DNA of 64,000 nucleotides from Podarcis filfolensis (Eukaryota): NCBI GenBank assembly GCA_964270895.1, contig OZ185443.1; one strand, 5' to 3'. Shown piece by piece: positions 25,131 to 37,491 of this stretch (position 1 is its first letter; each line of letters starts with the position of its first letter). The notes under the pieces were generated by a model. It saw only the letters and a program-made list of their open reading frames with translations, ran no database searches and was not told where the DNA came from. The position numbers and the translations under genes were made by a program.

Positions 25131-28100
25131 TATTATTCGGTCAATCCACACTGTTCCAAGCCTTTCCATTTCACTTTCCTAACCACAAAAAACATTCTTT
25201 TTTAAAAGTGGGTTTGTCACACTAGGACACTTTAATTGTACAAAGCTAATTTTTCCAGTCTGCACTGGAATCCCTCCTGCAAAATAGTGACAGTCTGGAG
25301 GTAGCCAAATTAAATGCATATGTGTTCAAAAATCTCAAAAAGGAAGATGTTTTTGAGCTTATTTTAAAGGAAATTCACCAAAATCTACACTTCTTGCCAT
25401 ACGTCTTGATTTTCCTGGACATTAAAGCACTTTCAGGTGCTATTTCCAACATCCGAATACTGGCTATGTCCGGGAAATTCCAGCGCTAGGGAAGTAAAGG
25501 AGATCTAGCAGAAATATGCTGGCCCTCCTGTTTAGTAACCATGCAGCCCAGATAGATCGTTCCTAAACTGCCTGACAGGCTGAAATGCAAAAGTTGAACA
25601 TTTTCCTGCCACAGAGATGCAGTCAAGGGGAAGAGTTTGTGGTTGAAATGTTGCACTTTAGGTAATGTGTTAAAGGCAGAGGATTTCTTCCAGAAGAAAC
25701 TTTGGCAACACTACTATTAAAACTCCTGTATGTAGTCACCACAAAGAGTAATGCTACTGCTAACAATATCAAAGGAAAGGGCAAAAAAGAGAGGGAAATA
25801 TTTCTTTTAGAATTTCATTAGATCTTCCAAAATATATCATAAAGGCAAGGATCTCCTGTTCAGACAGGTCCTTTTAAAATTGTTTTGCATCCTTCTGGCC
25901 TCCAGCAAAATAATTTTCAAATGTAGCCATAATGATGTGCTTAAAGTTATGATACATATAGCCAAAATGCTACTGTGCTGGGTTTTCTAAACACACACAC
26001 AACTTTGTAATTTGAATTTCACTTTGAGTCTCGAGATTTTGAAGACTGTAACTTTGAAAATGAGATAACGACATTGAGAACTGGCAAAAAAAGAAGAAAG
26101 AAATGCTATTCCGGAAAGATGCTGAGGAGTGAAAACTTGTACAGAATAGAGCATTGAAATTCAAGATGAATATGCCCAACGTAGGAAAGATATACCCGTC
26201 AGATGTGTGCTTATCTAAAATTATCCTATGCTGAGTCAAATATGAGAGTGAAAAATCAGATTTCCAAAATCTGCGCTTTTACTAAATCTGTATACATTAC
26301 ACTTATAGTCTAAACCTTCTGAGCTCTGCAAGAGAAATGCTATGGGATGTATGGGATAAACACACACACACACACTTGCTCATCTAATAGGAAGGGAATT
26401 TTTATCTTCTTGATAAATGACAACAGCTTGGATGGTGTTGCTATTGTCACCTGATTGTGATTTATTTGTACCATTCCTAAACGATTATCAAAGACAGCTG
26501 GCTAGAGGCGTTTAGAAGGAAGCTGGAGTGAAAGGGTAGCATCACAAAATTTGGTGCCTCATCTGCCTTTTTGAACTCCTCTTTTCCCATCTCCAAGACT
26601 GTAGAAACATCACAGAATTAAAAACGTCATGCCACACCACACCCTGCCTCTCAAATGACATCTGCAAATCATTAGTACAGTTAAATGTGCTTTCAAGTCA
26701 TCTGTCTTCGGTCCACACTAGTGGGCAGAGTGTGGATGTCTTCATATGTTTGCAAAATCAGATTGATGCTAAGGGTTTTTTGTGGGAGGGGGAAGGGTTC
26801 ATCAAATTGCAATTTTTCTCAAGGAACTACAGGACAGATGTGGATTGTGGCTAAGATCATTTGTATATGGCTTCACAGATCGGTGGTGGGAACACACTAG
26901 AAGCAGAGTAAACAGGCATATGTACACAGGCCAGCTATGACAGCTTAAAACAAAAGGGCGGCATCTCAGCTACCCATGCTCCTTTTATTCTAGTTGGGTT
27001 TTGTTTGTTTTGACTTTACATTTCAACTGTCATTGGCACAGGATTATCTACTATCAGATGGCAAGGGTAATGTCCGTGGCAAGTTACTGCAGCGGGTGAT
27101 GCATCTTGAGTGTGTGGTGTTGTTGTTTTAAAAAGCAGATGGTACCAAATTGTCCTCAAAAGCCTGAATCACTTGCAACCTGTCCTCCCAACAGAGTCAG
27201 CCCTGAATAACAGACGGCAGTTTCAAACATCTCCAAAAGCGCTTGTTTGGCTTCTTTTCCGTCTCCTATTCCCTGCTCTTGTCTCCCCATCTCAATTTTG
27301 CTCCATTCTTTCAGATCCTTTTTCTCCCTTTGCCCAAATGTGCACCACTGGGCTCTTCCTTCTCTAGAGTGTCACTGTTCCATCTGTTTACAGTAGGGAT
27401 GGGGAACCTGTGGTCCATGGTCAGGGGGATGATGGAAGCTGCAGTTCGACAACACCTGGAGGTTTTCTGTTTTTGATTGACAGGGTAGAGGCAGCTGTTA
27501 GCATTCTACATTCTTTCTACAGTAATTTAAATATATGTCATATTTCTAATGTCTCCACTGATGATTTTATACCGTAGGGTTTGATGATAATCTACATCAA
27601 AGTGTAGATTAATGTATACTTTTTTTCCCTTAAATGCAAAAAATGCCTCAAATATCTAGCTCTTCATTTCCTATTGCTTAGGCATTTTTTAATGCCATTT
27701 ATTGTTCTTTCTGGCTTATATGTTTAAATCACAATGTTCCTTTCTCGTATCTTGCATTTTAATGCAGGAGATACTAAAGCTATTGTGCTGCTGGTAAAAT
27801 TATTGCACTGCTTCACTGTAAAGGCATTGTTGCACTTTTTCTTACCAGAGTGTATTTGATAGCTCTTTGTTTGCAAATGCCAGAGTCCACTCAGAATGTG
27901 GCACAGCTTGCAAACCGTATGACTAAATTAAAGCCCCTGTTCTAGGTGGCCAGGCTTCAGTTTAGATTTTTTTCAAGATTCTAGTCTGAAGATTTAAGGA
28001 TGTAGGCTAAAGGTGGGTTTTGAGGAGGTAACATGTGAAGTGGAATCATATAAGAGTACCAAGAGAACCTCCCTACCTCTTTTTATGTGTCCTCAACCTG

Positions 28101-28172
28101 CCTCCAGTTCTGCGTTTTCCTCTCATCCTATCTCTATCTTGAAAGCTCTCCCATGACTCTAATTGTGGATGG

Positions 28173-28307
28173 CAGGAGTGGAGAATCTTTGGTTCTCCGC
28201 ATGTTGCTGAACTACAACTCCCATCAACTGCAAGCATGACCAATGGCCAGGGATGATAAAAGTTGTAGTTCAGTAACATCTGGAGGGCCAAAGGTTTCCC
28301 ACCCCTG
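28173..28307. mobile_element. Short palindromic hAT-type MITE
   Basis: actacaactcccatca...gttgtagt internal inverted repeat, cagg...cctg termini. Confidence 0.7.
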
Positions 28308-29158
28308 GTGTAAGAGAAGACCAGGCCTGTGCTCGCTGATCCCATCCCACACCTGTGTCCCCGTCACCAGCATCCACCTTTCTTCATGCATTGCTCCCAG
28401 AACGTCTGAAACAAGAAGCCGGTTCTATGCATCCCCATGTGATTTAGAAAACTGACCGCACAGCTGGTCTGTGCTTAGAAGAGGCATCCCAGTTCATACC
28501 ATCAACACCCAACATATTGAAGGCAGCAGGGCTGGGTGGTGGGGTCACAGCAGTGGGGTGGAGCCAACGAATGCAGCCTGCATTTCCCTTCAAATGATGG
28601 AGGTATAACTCCAGAATCAGGCTCCTATAGGGCCAAGAAAGGTTGGCAATCCCATCCAATGACTTCTCAAGATAACTAGCCTCCAGATCGATCCATGACA
28701 GTGAAAGGTGATTTCTATAAGGCTTCAGCACCAGCCGTAGCTTCTGAACCATGCTTGGCTGGGCCCAAGGATCTTGGCTGTCTGCATTTAAGACTATTTA
28801 AGCAATATCTGTTTTCTCTGGCTAAGCTAGTTCAATAGCTGCTTTGTTGTTTCTTTTATTGACAGGGGGGAAATCACCTTGGGACATGTTGTGTGAAAGC
28901 TGCTATAAAATAACAGTTTGTATTTGCACTGCATTACTTACCTATGTGCAGGGATCGATGGCTCCTGTATTTTGCCCTGTTAGTCTACAAAAGGAATGCT
29001 TGAGTGTCTTATTTTACAATCTCTTCCTTGAAGCAAATCAATGTTTATTTGTAATATTTATCATCTCCTTAATGCAGACTCAAAACCGCTAGGTCTGTAG
29101 GTTTCCCCTCCACCCACACCCCACCAAACAAAAACTAGCATGCGCACACACAGAGAGA

Positions 29159-29159
<1 letters not shown>

Positions 29160-29215
<56 letters not shown>

Positions 29216-29220
29216 AAAAG
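29160..29220. repeat. (GAAA)n microsatellite
   Basis: Direct reading. Confidence 0.97.
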
Positions 29221-29397
29221 AAAGGTGATTTTGTTATATTAAGAAATGACAACATTTGAATCAGGACTCTTTTTGTAATGGTTTATTCCCCTCCCCTTCT
29301 GTTGGGATGCTAAACCTGGCAGTTGGCCTTCCTGAGGGTTTGGTCCAGGGCAGACTTCTGGTGCCATCCCTCTCTGATCCCTACAACTAGCTGTATC

Positions 29398-29548
29398 TAT
29401 AGAATCATTGAATATTAGAGGTGGAAGGTGCCAGAAGTCAACCCCCCTGAAAACCCCCTGCAATGCAGGAATCTTTTACCCAATGTGGTGCTTAAACCCA
29501 TGACCTAGAGATTACGAGTCTCGTGCTCTGCCGACTGAGCTGTCCCAG
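29398..29548 (-). mobile_element. tRNA-Lys-derived SINE with CR1-type tail (Squam2-type), degenerate
   Basis: Head AGCTCAGTCGGCAGAGCACGAGACTCGTAATCTC..GGTCATGGGTT resembles tRNA-Lys(CTT); followed by AAAAGATTCCTGCATTGCAGGGGG and an ...ATGATTCTA tail. Confidence 0.75.
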
Positions 29549-29804
29549 ATCTAAATAACTGTGTCAACAGTTCCATGCTGCCCAGGGGAGAATCCAAAGT
29601 CATGCTTCTGGAGGAACAGCCTTCCACACTACATGAGCAATTACCTTTAAAACAGTAATGTATCAAATAGTGCATCCAGAGCAGGGTCAGATATGGTACA
29701 CGGTATGTTGTTAACCAAAATGTCCACATTTCCACTAGGTGTACATGGAAGGCAATCTTCAACATCTTTTTAAAGTATACGGACTGCACTCCTGTTTCAT
29801 TATA

Positions 29805-30028
29805 CAATGGTACCTTGGTTTACGAACTTAATCCGTTCCAGAAGTCAATTCTTAAACCAAGGTGTGCTTTCCCATAGCAGCGGGGGACTCAATTTACAAA
29901 TGGAACACACTCAACATGTTCTGCTTCCAAGGCAAAGTTCACAAACCAAAACACCTACTTCCTGGTTTGCAGCGTTCTTAATCCAAGTTGTTCATAAACT
30001 AAGCTGTTCTTAAACCAAGGTACCACTG
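29805..30028. mobile_element. Tc1/mariner-type MITE (second family)
   Basis: CAATGGTACC...GGTACCACTG, TA flanks, different internal sequence. Confidence 0.85.
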
Positions 30029-31688
30029 TATGTTCTTGATTATATTGTCATAAATCATCTCTCCTGCAAAAATGGAAGCTGTGAAAGCTCTGCAGATTTT
30101 TTCCCCAAACGTCCCCCTGATTATTGCAAATTTTAGGAGCCATGTATTTGGATGGAAACATCATTCTTCTGGTTCAGAGAAAGCTTTGCTACCGGCTATG
30201 CTAAGCAATGAAAACCAAGCAGTAGAAACTTGGCAAGGATGTACTGTGGACTTGTTCAAGAGTTGGGGCATGTCCTCTGAGATTGAGGATCTCCCACATC
30301 ATTTGAACACTAGACACAGCTGCACCACCATATCACAAGTGGCTTTTCAAAAGGGGTTAGCTATTCAACCCTGGGAATCTGCCCTTCCCTTCAAGAACTA
30401 CAATGAAAAAGCTGCCTTGCGCTCATGGAATTAATTGGAAGGATTCTCTGGGCTAATGTCAGGCAGGATCAGTCTCCACCTAATCACTCCTGGACATTGC
30501 AAACCCCCAAAGAGGAAAGGCCTCAGCTGCAAAAAAAGGAAGAGCCTTGAAGAGCCAATGGTTTTCAAAGGCATAGATGTTTATTTACAGCTTCGGAAGG
30601 GGATTAGATAAATTCATGGAGGACGCCTGTCAAGCGCTACTAGTCATGAAGATGGCTAGATGCAATCTCCAGCATGTGAGGCACTGTATGTCTGAATAAG
30701 CTGCTCAGACCGGGAGCAGATCTGAGAGCTTCACATCAGCCAAGGGCACCAGATGGGCTGTACACTGTCATCTGACTTCCTTAACCAAGAAGATTATGTA
30801 CGTCTTTATTAAACAATATTTTTATACCTCTTGATTGTAAATAAAATAAAATAAAATAAAGCCCTCTCTAAGCAGTTTCTCTTAAATCTCAGTTAAAGAA
30901 ACAAGTTAAAGCAGCATTCGAAAGATGACTAAAATCAACAGTAGCTGAAAAGAGATAAATCGCATGTGATGTCTACATACATGATGTATTGTCAGATCTC
31001 AGTGATCAATTGGGTATATAATGAGTGAGAGGATGTTTCAGGTATCCTGGTCCCAAGCTGTATAAGGCTTTATACCCTAGAAACAGACCCTTGAACTTAG
31101 CCTGCTGGCTACTCAGCAGTCAGTGCAGTCATTTCAGCAGCGACATAAGGTGAGGGTGATGCTGCTGTGTCAGTGAACGGTTGAGCTGCCTCATTTCTCA
31201 CTAGCTACTGCTGTGCACAATGTTGTTAATAGCTTCAAAAGAGGATTAGACACATTCATGGAGGACAGGGGAAGGTTCGGAGCTCCATGGTGGAGCATCT
31301 ATCTTGCACGTAGGAAGTCCCAAATTCAATGCTTGGCCTCTCCTAGTAGAGATGTCTGAAACCATGGAGAGCCACTGCTAGTCATGGTTGACAATACTCT
31401 GCTAGATGGAGCATTGGGTCCAAATTAGTGCATCTCAAATACCAGTTCCTGGGCAGCAACCAACAGGGCCATTTGTCTTGTGGGCTTTCCGAAAACATCT
31501 GGCTGGCCTCTTGTGGGAATCTGGATACTGATGTAGATGAACCTTTGGTCTAATCCAACAGGGCTCTTCTTATGGTGTGATGTTACCACTTTACAAAGAT
31601 GATATTTATAAATGCACCCAAGAGATTTCCCGACTTATCTTCATCTTCTTAGATGGCAATTTTCGGTTTTATTATTGTTGAGTCATAC

Positions 31689-31780
31689 TTGTCCTTTCGA
31701 AAGCAGACTGTCTGGCAAGAACGACGTACAGAGCAGCAGAATAGTTGAAGCATGCACTTTCCATCTGGCTTGATAAAACA
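31689..31780 (-). other. Candidate 92-nt exon, all three frames open
   Basis: Branch-like ctaat plus ttcttttatacacag| acceptor; donor CAA|gtatga. Confidence 0.4.
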
Positions 31781-32231
31781 CTGTGTATAAAAGAAATTAG
31801 TCAAATGCCTTGTAAAAAAAAAGTGCTATTAACTTATGAACTGGAGAAAAAGACCTTTTCGGAGAGTGGCTCATTAAGGCATCATATTGCTAGAAATGTA
31901 TGAAAATCCATGTTCTGTAGTGCAGGAAACGTGGAATCATTATTCAATTCTGCATCACTGACTTGGATTTAAAGTACATTTAAAGCGTATGACTTCCCTT
32001 CCAAGAATCCTGGGAATTGTAGTCTATTAAGTGTGAATGGGAAATTAAACATCCCATAATTCTTTTGGGAGACGTTATGTGCTTTAAATGTATGTAGATG
32101 TGTCCCAAAACCTATGCAGAATCACTTGATGATCGTCATTACTCAGAAACATCAGATTCAAACCTTCCTATACAAGGGACCCAAGAATCACTCACCTGTG
32201 TTTTTAACACTGACTTAGTCCATTGCACTAT

Positions 32232-32864
32232 GGCGCTGTGGGTTAAACCACAGAGCCTAGGACTTGCCGATCAGAAGGTCGGTGGTTCGAATCCCCACGA
32301 CGGGGTGAGCTCCCATTGCTCGGTCCCTGCTCCTGCCAACCTAGCAGTTCGAAAGCACATCCAAGTGCAAGTACAGTGGTACCTCGCAAGACGAATGCCT
32401 CGCAAGATGAAAAACGCGCAAGACGAAAGAGTTTTCCATTTTTTGAGTCGTTCCGCAAGACGAATTTCCCTATGGGCTTGCTTCGCAAGACGAAATGTCT
32501 TGCGAGTTCTTGCGAGTTTGTTTCCTTTTTCTTAAAGCCGCTAAGCCGTTAATAGCCGCTAAGCCACTAAGCCACTAATAGCCGTGCTTCGCAAGACGAA
32601 AAAACCGCAAGACGAAGAGACTTGCGGAACGGATTAATTTCGTCTTACGAGGCACCACTGTAGATAAATAGGTACCGCTCCGGCGGGAAGGTAAACGGTG
32701 TTTCCATGCGCTGCTCTGGTTCGCCAGAAGTGGCTTAGTCATGCTGGCCACATGACCCGGAAGCTGTACACCAACTCCCTTGGCCAATAAAGCAAGATGA
32801 GTGCTGCAACCCCAGAGTCTACCACAACTGGACCTAATGGTCAGGGGTCCCTTTACCTTTACCT
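32232..32864 (+). mobile_element. Sauria SINE interrupted by a MITE
   Basis: 17-bp TSD TTAGTCCATTGCACTAT (32215-32231, 32865-32881); SINE halves rejoin at ...gtgcaagTA|gataaatagg. Confidence 0.95.
32374..32660. mobile_element. Tc1/mariner-type MITE (third family) with repeated CGCAAGACGAA motifs
   Basis: CAGTGGTACC/GGCACCACTG TIRs, TA duplication. Confidence 0.92.
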
Positions 32865-33419
32865 TTAGTCCATTGCACTATATTTATAGGCATTCATGTA
32901 ATCCTGCTACACTTTGAGGCAAGGCTGTGTCAGGTTTTCCTCCCTTCAGACAGCAGAGTTTGGGATGCACGTGTTGTTGTTGCTCACATGACTGAATGCT
33001 TCCTCCATAAAATAAAATAAAACAAATTCCTACACCTAGACAACTCGTCCGCTGTTTGTGAGAACCAGGACTTGGAGTCACAATAGTCATATTATCCAGT
33101 CTTCAAGCTCTATAATGGCTAGCAGTCAGTAACCTGAGGATCTTTTATCAAAATGTTTTCCTGTCTGATTTAATAATATTCCACTATTACTTCTACTTAT
33201 CTTTCATCAGCCTGGAGGGATGTTTATGTCATTGCTCTGCATTCATTCTTTCCCTCTTATTATGTATATTATAACAATTTTCTATCATAGCAACAACTAT
33301 CAGATGCTCCAACTGTCCCTATTTACCAGAGATGCTCTCTATTTTGGGTACCTGTCCTTGGTAAATCATGGTCTCTGCTTTGACTACCAGGGACCTGTTA
33401 TATCTCTGAAAGTTAAATC

Positions 33420-34113
33420 TGTAAGCCGAAAGCAGATGTGTCTCTATTCTCATGCATGGAGGGGTCAGAGGTTTTAAATACTGGACGCCCAGCATAGGGC
33501 GTCCTCTTGGCTGCTTGCACCGGATCACCCGCCCACCCTCCCTGAATTGGGGGGGTTGTTTGCTTGACCTTGCTATGCCTGTCATGGGGTCGTCTGCTTT
33601 TGAGGCAGGGGCCTGGTAGGAATTTTGTCCATTTGGCTGATTGGCTGGTGCCATTTGGTTTTTGCCTACTGCATAGCAAATCGTCACAACTTGTAAGGTT
33701 GGCGGTTAGGCATTGGTTAAATTGGTTGGTGGAGGGGTAAGTGCCTATCCCTCCAATGGTGGTGTGGAGAGGGAATTCCGTTAAAGGAATCCAGGGGCTT
33801 GCCATTCTTTTCATCCTTGTCCCTGGCATCGGACTTGGGCCGTGCAAGCCTCCAGGAGCATGCGGGTGAGAAGTGAGGGACTGATGCCCAGCTTCATTTC
33901 TCCCCAACATTGTTTCCCTGACTGGCTTCCGCTGGAATCCGAAAGTCAGTTCTGTCCCTGGGCAAGGACAGATAGTCGTAACCAATGCTTAAGCAACCAC
34001 TCACATGGTGTGTATTAAAAATAAAGTTGTGGCCAAAATCATGCCAAAAACCTTAAACAAAAATTATGTGTGATGTGTGAGTTATTTGGGGGTGGCTTGG
34101 GGACCTTGACACA
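33420..34113 (+). mobile_element. Solo LTR (retrotransposon/ERV-like), ~690 bp
   Basis: TGTAAG...CTTGACA(CA) termini; AATAAA at ~34020; related to 1860-2469; no clean TSD found. Confidence 0.65.
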
Positions 34114-34228
34114 CAAATGCAAATGTCATGCCATTGCTTTCTTCCTGCTCCCCAAACTGCCAGCCTAGATAGTATATTTCTTGTAAGGGAAGTCAGTCTT
34201 GTCTATCACCCATATTGTACATGGGCAG

Positions 34229-34231
<3 letters not shown>

Positions 34232-34283
<52 letters not shown>
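34232..34283. repeat. (GA)n microsatellite
   Basis: Direct reading. Confidence 0.97.
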
Positions 34284-34286
<3 letters not shown>

Positions 34287-36312
34287 GAGTTCATGGCAGA
34301 AGTCAGAGTCAAATCAGTGACATTCTGATTCATAGCTCAATTAAAAACTAATTAATATTAGCATTAACATCTGAAAGAGCCTCTGCAGCCCAGATAATGT
34401 TCCTTTAGGGGCTGAATCCAGAATAGGGGATACTGGTTAACCATCCCTGATTTGTGTGTGCACGTGAATGTGTGGTGGGTCATTTTCTGACCATCAAATG
34501 AAAGCTTATACAGTGTATTGTATTATTATATATTTTGGGAAGTTGCTTGTTTATTTGCTAAGCATTTGGACACCTCTTAAGATATGGCAACCAGATTTTG
34601 CATGGTTCCCAAGATGAAGGAGTAAATTTTTGTTTATGTTTGGATACAACAGGGTGCCATTTTGAATCAAAATGGTGGCTGAGCCTTTCAAAACTCTACA
34701 CTGACTTTAACCACAGATTTCAAGCTGTGCTGATTTCCCCCCCCCCCTCTCTCTTAGAATCCCAAAGTTATACTGGGCACAAGGTTACTAGTTCACATAT
34801 AAACCTTGATTTTATATTATATAAGTTAGAAGAAACACCTTTTTTGCCTATTCCTCACTATGAATATTTGGGGGGCCGAAGCTTCACAATTTTGCCTTAT
34901 TTGGTAATGCTTTTATTGGTTTCAACTAACCTTTTATTGGTTTTTTTATTGCTTCAGGTTGGGCTAGGAAGGACTGAAAGCTAGTTTAGACTTGGCGAGC
35001 AGGGGAAGAAATTGGAGAAATAAGCACCATGTGCTAGCATATAGTTCATTCCAAGCCCGAAGGTGTTTTTTTAGGCTTTTTAAAAAATAAATAAATCCTT
35101 GCAGGCATGTTTTGGGCAGCAATTCTCACATTATTTATTTTATTTTTAAAGTTTAATAAACTGTTCATAGTATATAATGCCAGAGTGGTAAAGTATACCT
35201 GAAAAAAAAAATACCATTTAAATAACAGCACAATACTGAAAGATGGTCAGTGAACCACCCCCACCTCCACATATTGGTCACATATGCATGGGGTCCTGTC
35301 AGGAAAGTATCTGTGAGGAGGGAATTTTCTAAAATGCACTAGACAAGAAGTAAACTGTATTTCTAAGATCTGGAGGTTTTTCCATTTCTCAATTTTTCCT
35401 TTGCCTGCCAGCAGTGCTACCCTGGGTCAGTGGTTAATATGGCGACCACCATGAGGCCAGAAAAAATCTCTCAGAGCAAGCTGCCCTGAGGTGAAAAGGG
35501 AGGAAGCTATCATTGGGGTCTAGCAGCATCACTGTTCCTTCTACTAGTGAACTCAGGTAGGGAGTGTCGCCAGCACTGTGGCCAAATTGGGCTCCCTTAA
35601 AAAAAGAAGAGGGAGACATCTGTCAGCAAGCTTGGATTTCAGAAGCACAATAAATCTTTCACAAGTAGTGTCTAGCTGCAGACAATGACTCTTTGGGAAT
35701 AAAGATCTTCTGAGGAGCAAGACCCTCTTCTCAATGAGACCTCTGGAGTCAGCTGATAGTTGACTCCAGTTGATAGGAGTCAGCTGAGGTCAGAGTTCCA
35801 GAAACTCCAGCTCAACAACTCCAGGGCTACACTGGAATACCTGGTGGAACAATGTCTACGTACCAGTTGTGTGTATGTCTATATACCAGATCTCCTGCCT
35901 ATGCCAAACCTGATTACAGACTGTCCTGACTTCACCTCTCATCTCACCCTTTGCTGTGGACTCTGTTTGTTTAGACTCTGATCTTGGACCAGCCCTGGAT
36001 ATGGCTTTGGTTGTTGCCTGTTGGTGTTGTTGCTAGCAAGACCCAAATTTACTCAGGAGTCCAGTGAGGACACATTCTAGCCAAGCAAAGATGCGCAAGG
36101 AAGATGCAAGCAGGACTGATGAGGGGTGTGGCCTAGGATTGAGGGGTGTGGCTAGGCAGAGAATGTGGCCTTTGAGAGTCCTAAGGGCCACATAGTACAG
36201 CCAGGATGGCTGCAATTGATCCCCAGATCTGAGCATCCTTATTCCGTATAGATATAGACAGGCAGACAGGCAGATGCTAGATAGATCTTCCTTCATGTTA
36301 TATAACATAGAC

Positions 36313-36446
36313 CAGGCATAGGCAAACTCGACCCCTTCAGATGTTTTGAGACTACAGTTCCCATTATCCCTGATCACTGGTCCTGTTAGCTAGGGATGAT
36401 GGGAGTTGTAGTCCGAAAACATCTGGAGGGCTGTTGCCTATGCCTG
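36313..36446. mobile_element. Short palindromic hAT-type MITE
   Basis: TIR caggcataggcaa...ttgcctatgcctg. Confidence 0.8.
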
Positions 36447-37119
36447 ACATTCAGTAAATATTTAACTTGTTCCATGCATTTGGTATACCATTTCTCTTTC
36501 TTGCATATTTTCCTGTGTCCGTTTTATCACCATAGCTTCCTTCCTCAAGCTATCTGGTGATAGCCACCAGGTCCTTCTAACACACTGATCCTAACCTAAA
36601 TGTATTTTTATCCTTCAATGAATGTAATATGATCGCTGAACTTTCATTTATCTATCCTTTTCTTAATGCCTTCCTTTTACAAGGGTACTGACTCCCCAGT
36701 GTTTTCCTCTTAATTTTGACTGTGTGTACTTTTAGTATTTGTTTTTATGGACTGAGCAAACCCACAAGACATGGCATAATCGCTAAGAATATTTACTATT
36801 CCCCGAGTTTGTTTTAGAAATTGTTCTTTATCTTGTAGCTGGCAGACTGAAGTTTATTCTTTTCTTTTTCAACGTTTCAGATTTTATTTTGAGAAATGCA
36901 AACAGTGATGCTTGGCAGGATGACAAAGCATCAACTTGCTTCAATAGCCTGCTAACCAGAAAATTCTAGCTCAGAGATAACATAGAGAAGGGTCAGGAGA
37001 TTTGAGGGGTTGAGCTTGTCTACCCATGTTTCCTGAGCTGCTTCCAGCTTAATATCCTGTCTTCTACTAACACTCTACCTAAAAGGCTTTGCCCACACAT
37101 TGGGACGGGTGAATATGTC

Positions 37120-37490
37120 ATTTTCAGCTTCACTTGATTTCTCATTTTTTCACTCTTAGGTTCGGCTCTCCACATTTCCACATATGTTTGCATTTTTTAA
37201 AAAAACACACACAAAAATTCATGAAAATTAATCAGCATTTTGAAATGAATTACCTTTGTATGCAATTTTGTTTGTATGCAATTTTGCCTAATATACACAT
37301 TTTTTCAAAGCAATTTCCCCTAAAATACACATTGATAATATGTATTTTTATGGACACTTTCCCCTCAGTATATGTGTTTTTGTATACATTAATTCACTGG
37401 AGAAGTGTGTTGCAAATTCCAGAGAAGTGTGGATTTTGAAGGATGTTTGTCTTTCATTTCTCATATTGTCTCAGAAAGTGCAGATCAGGT
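37120..37490. repeat. AT-rich dispersed repeat interrupted by CR1
   Basis: Continues after the CR1 at ~39078 (atttgtcttt), matching the uninterrupted junction in 46745-46780. Confidence 0.55.
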
Positions 37491-37491
37491 A

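Noticed and set aside
29476-29548. tRNA gene (Lys-like, anticodon reading CGT)
   Set aside because: The acceptor stem and B box are degenerate and the sequence runs into a CR1-type tail, so it is a SINE head.
32374-32660. Repeated CGCAAGACGAA units with variable spacers resembling a CRISPR array
   Set aside because: Units are about 11 bp, occur in both orientations and lie inside TIRs with a TA duplication; this is a MITE in a vertebrate genome with no cas genes.
33413-33985. 190-aa minus ORF as a host or viral gene
   Set aside because: Lies within the solo LTR, antisense, with no recognisable motifs.
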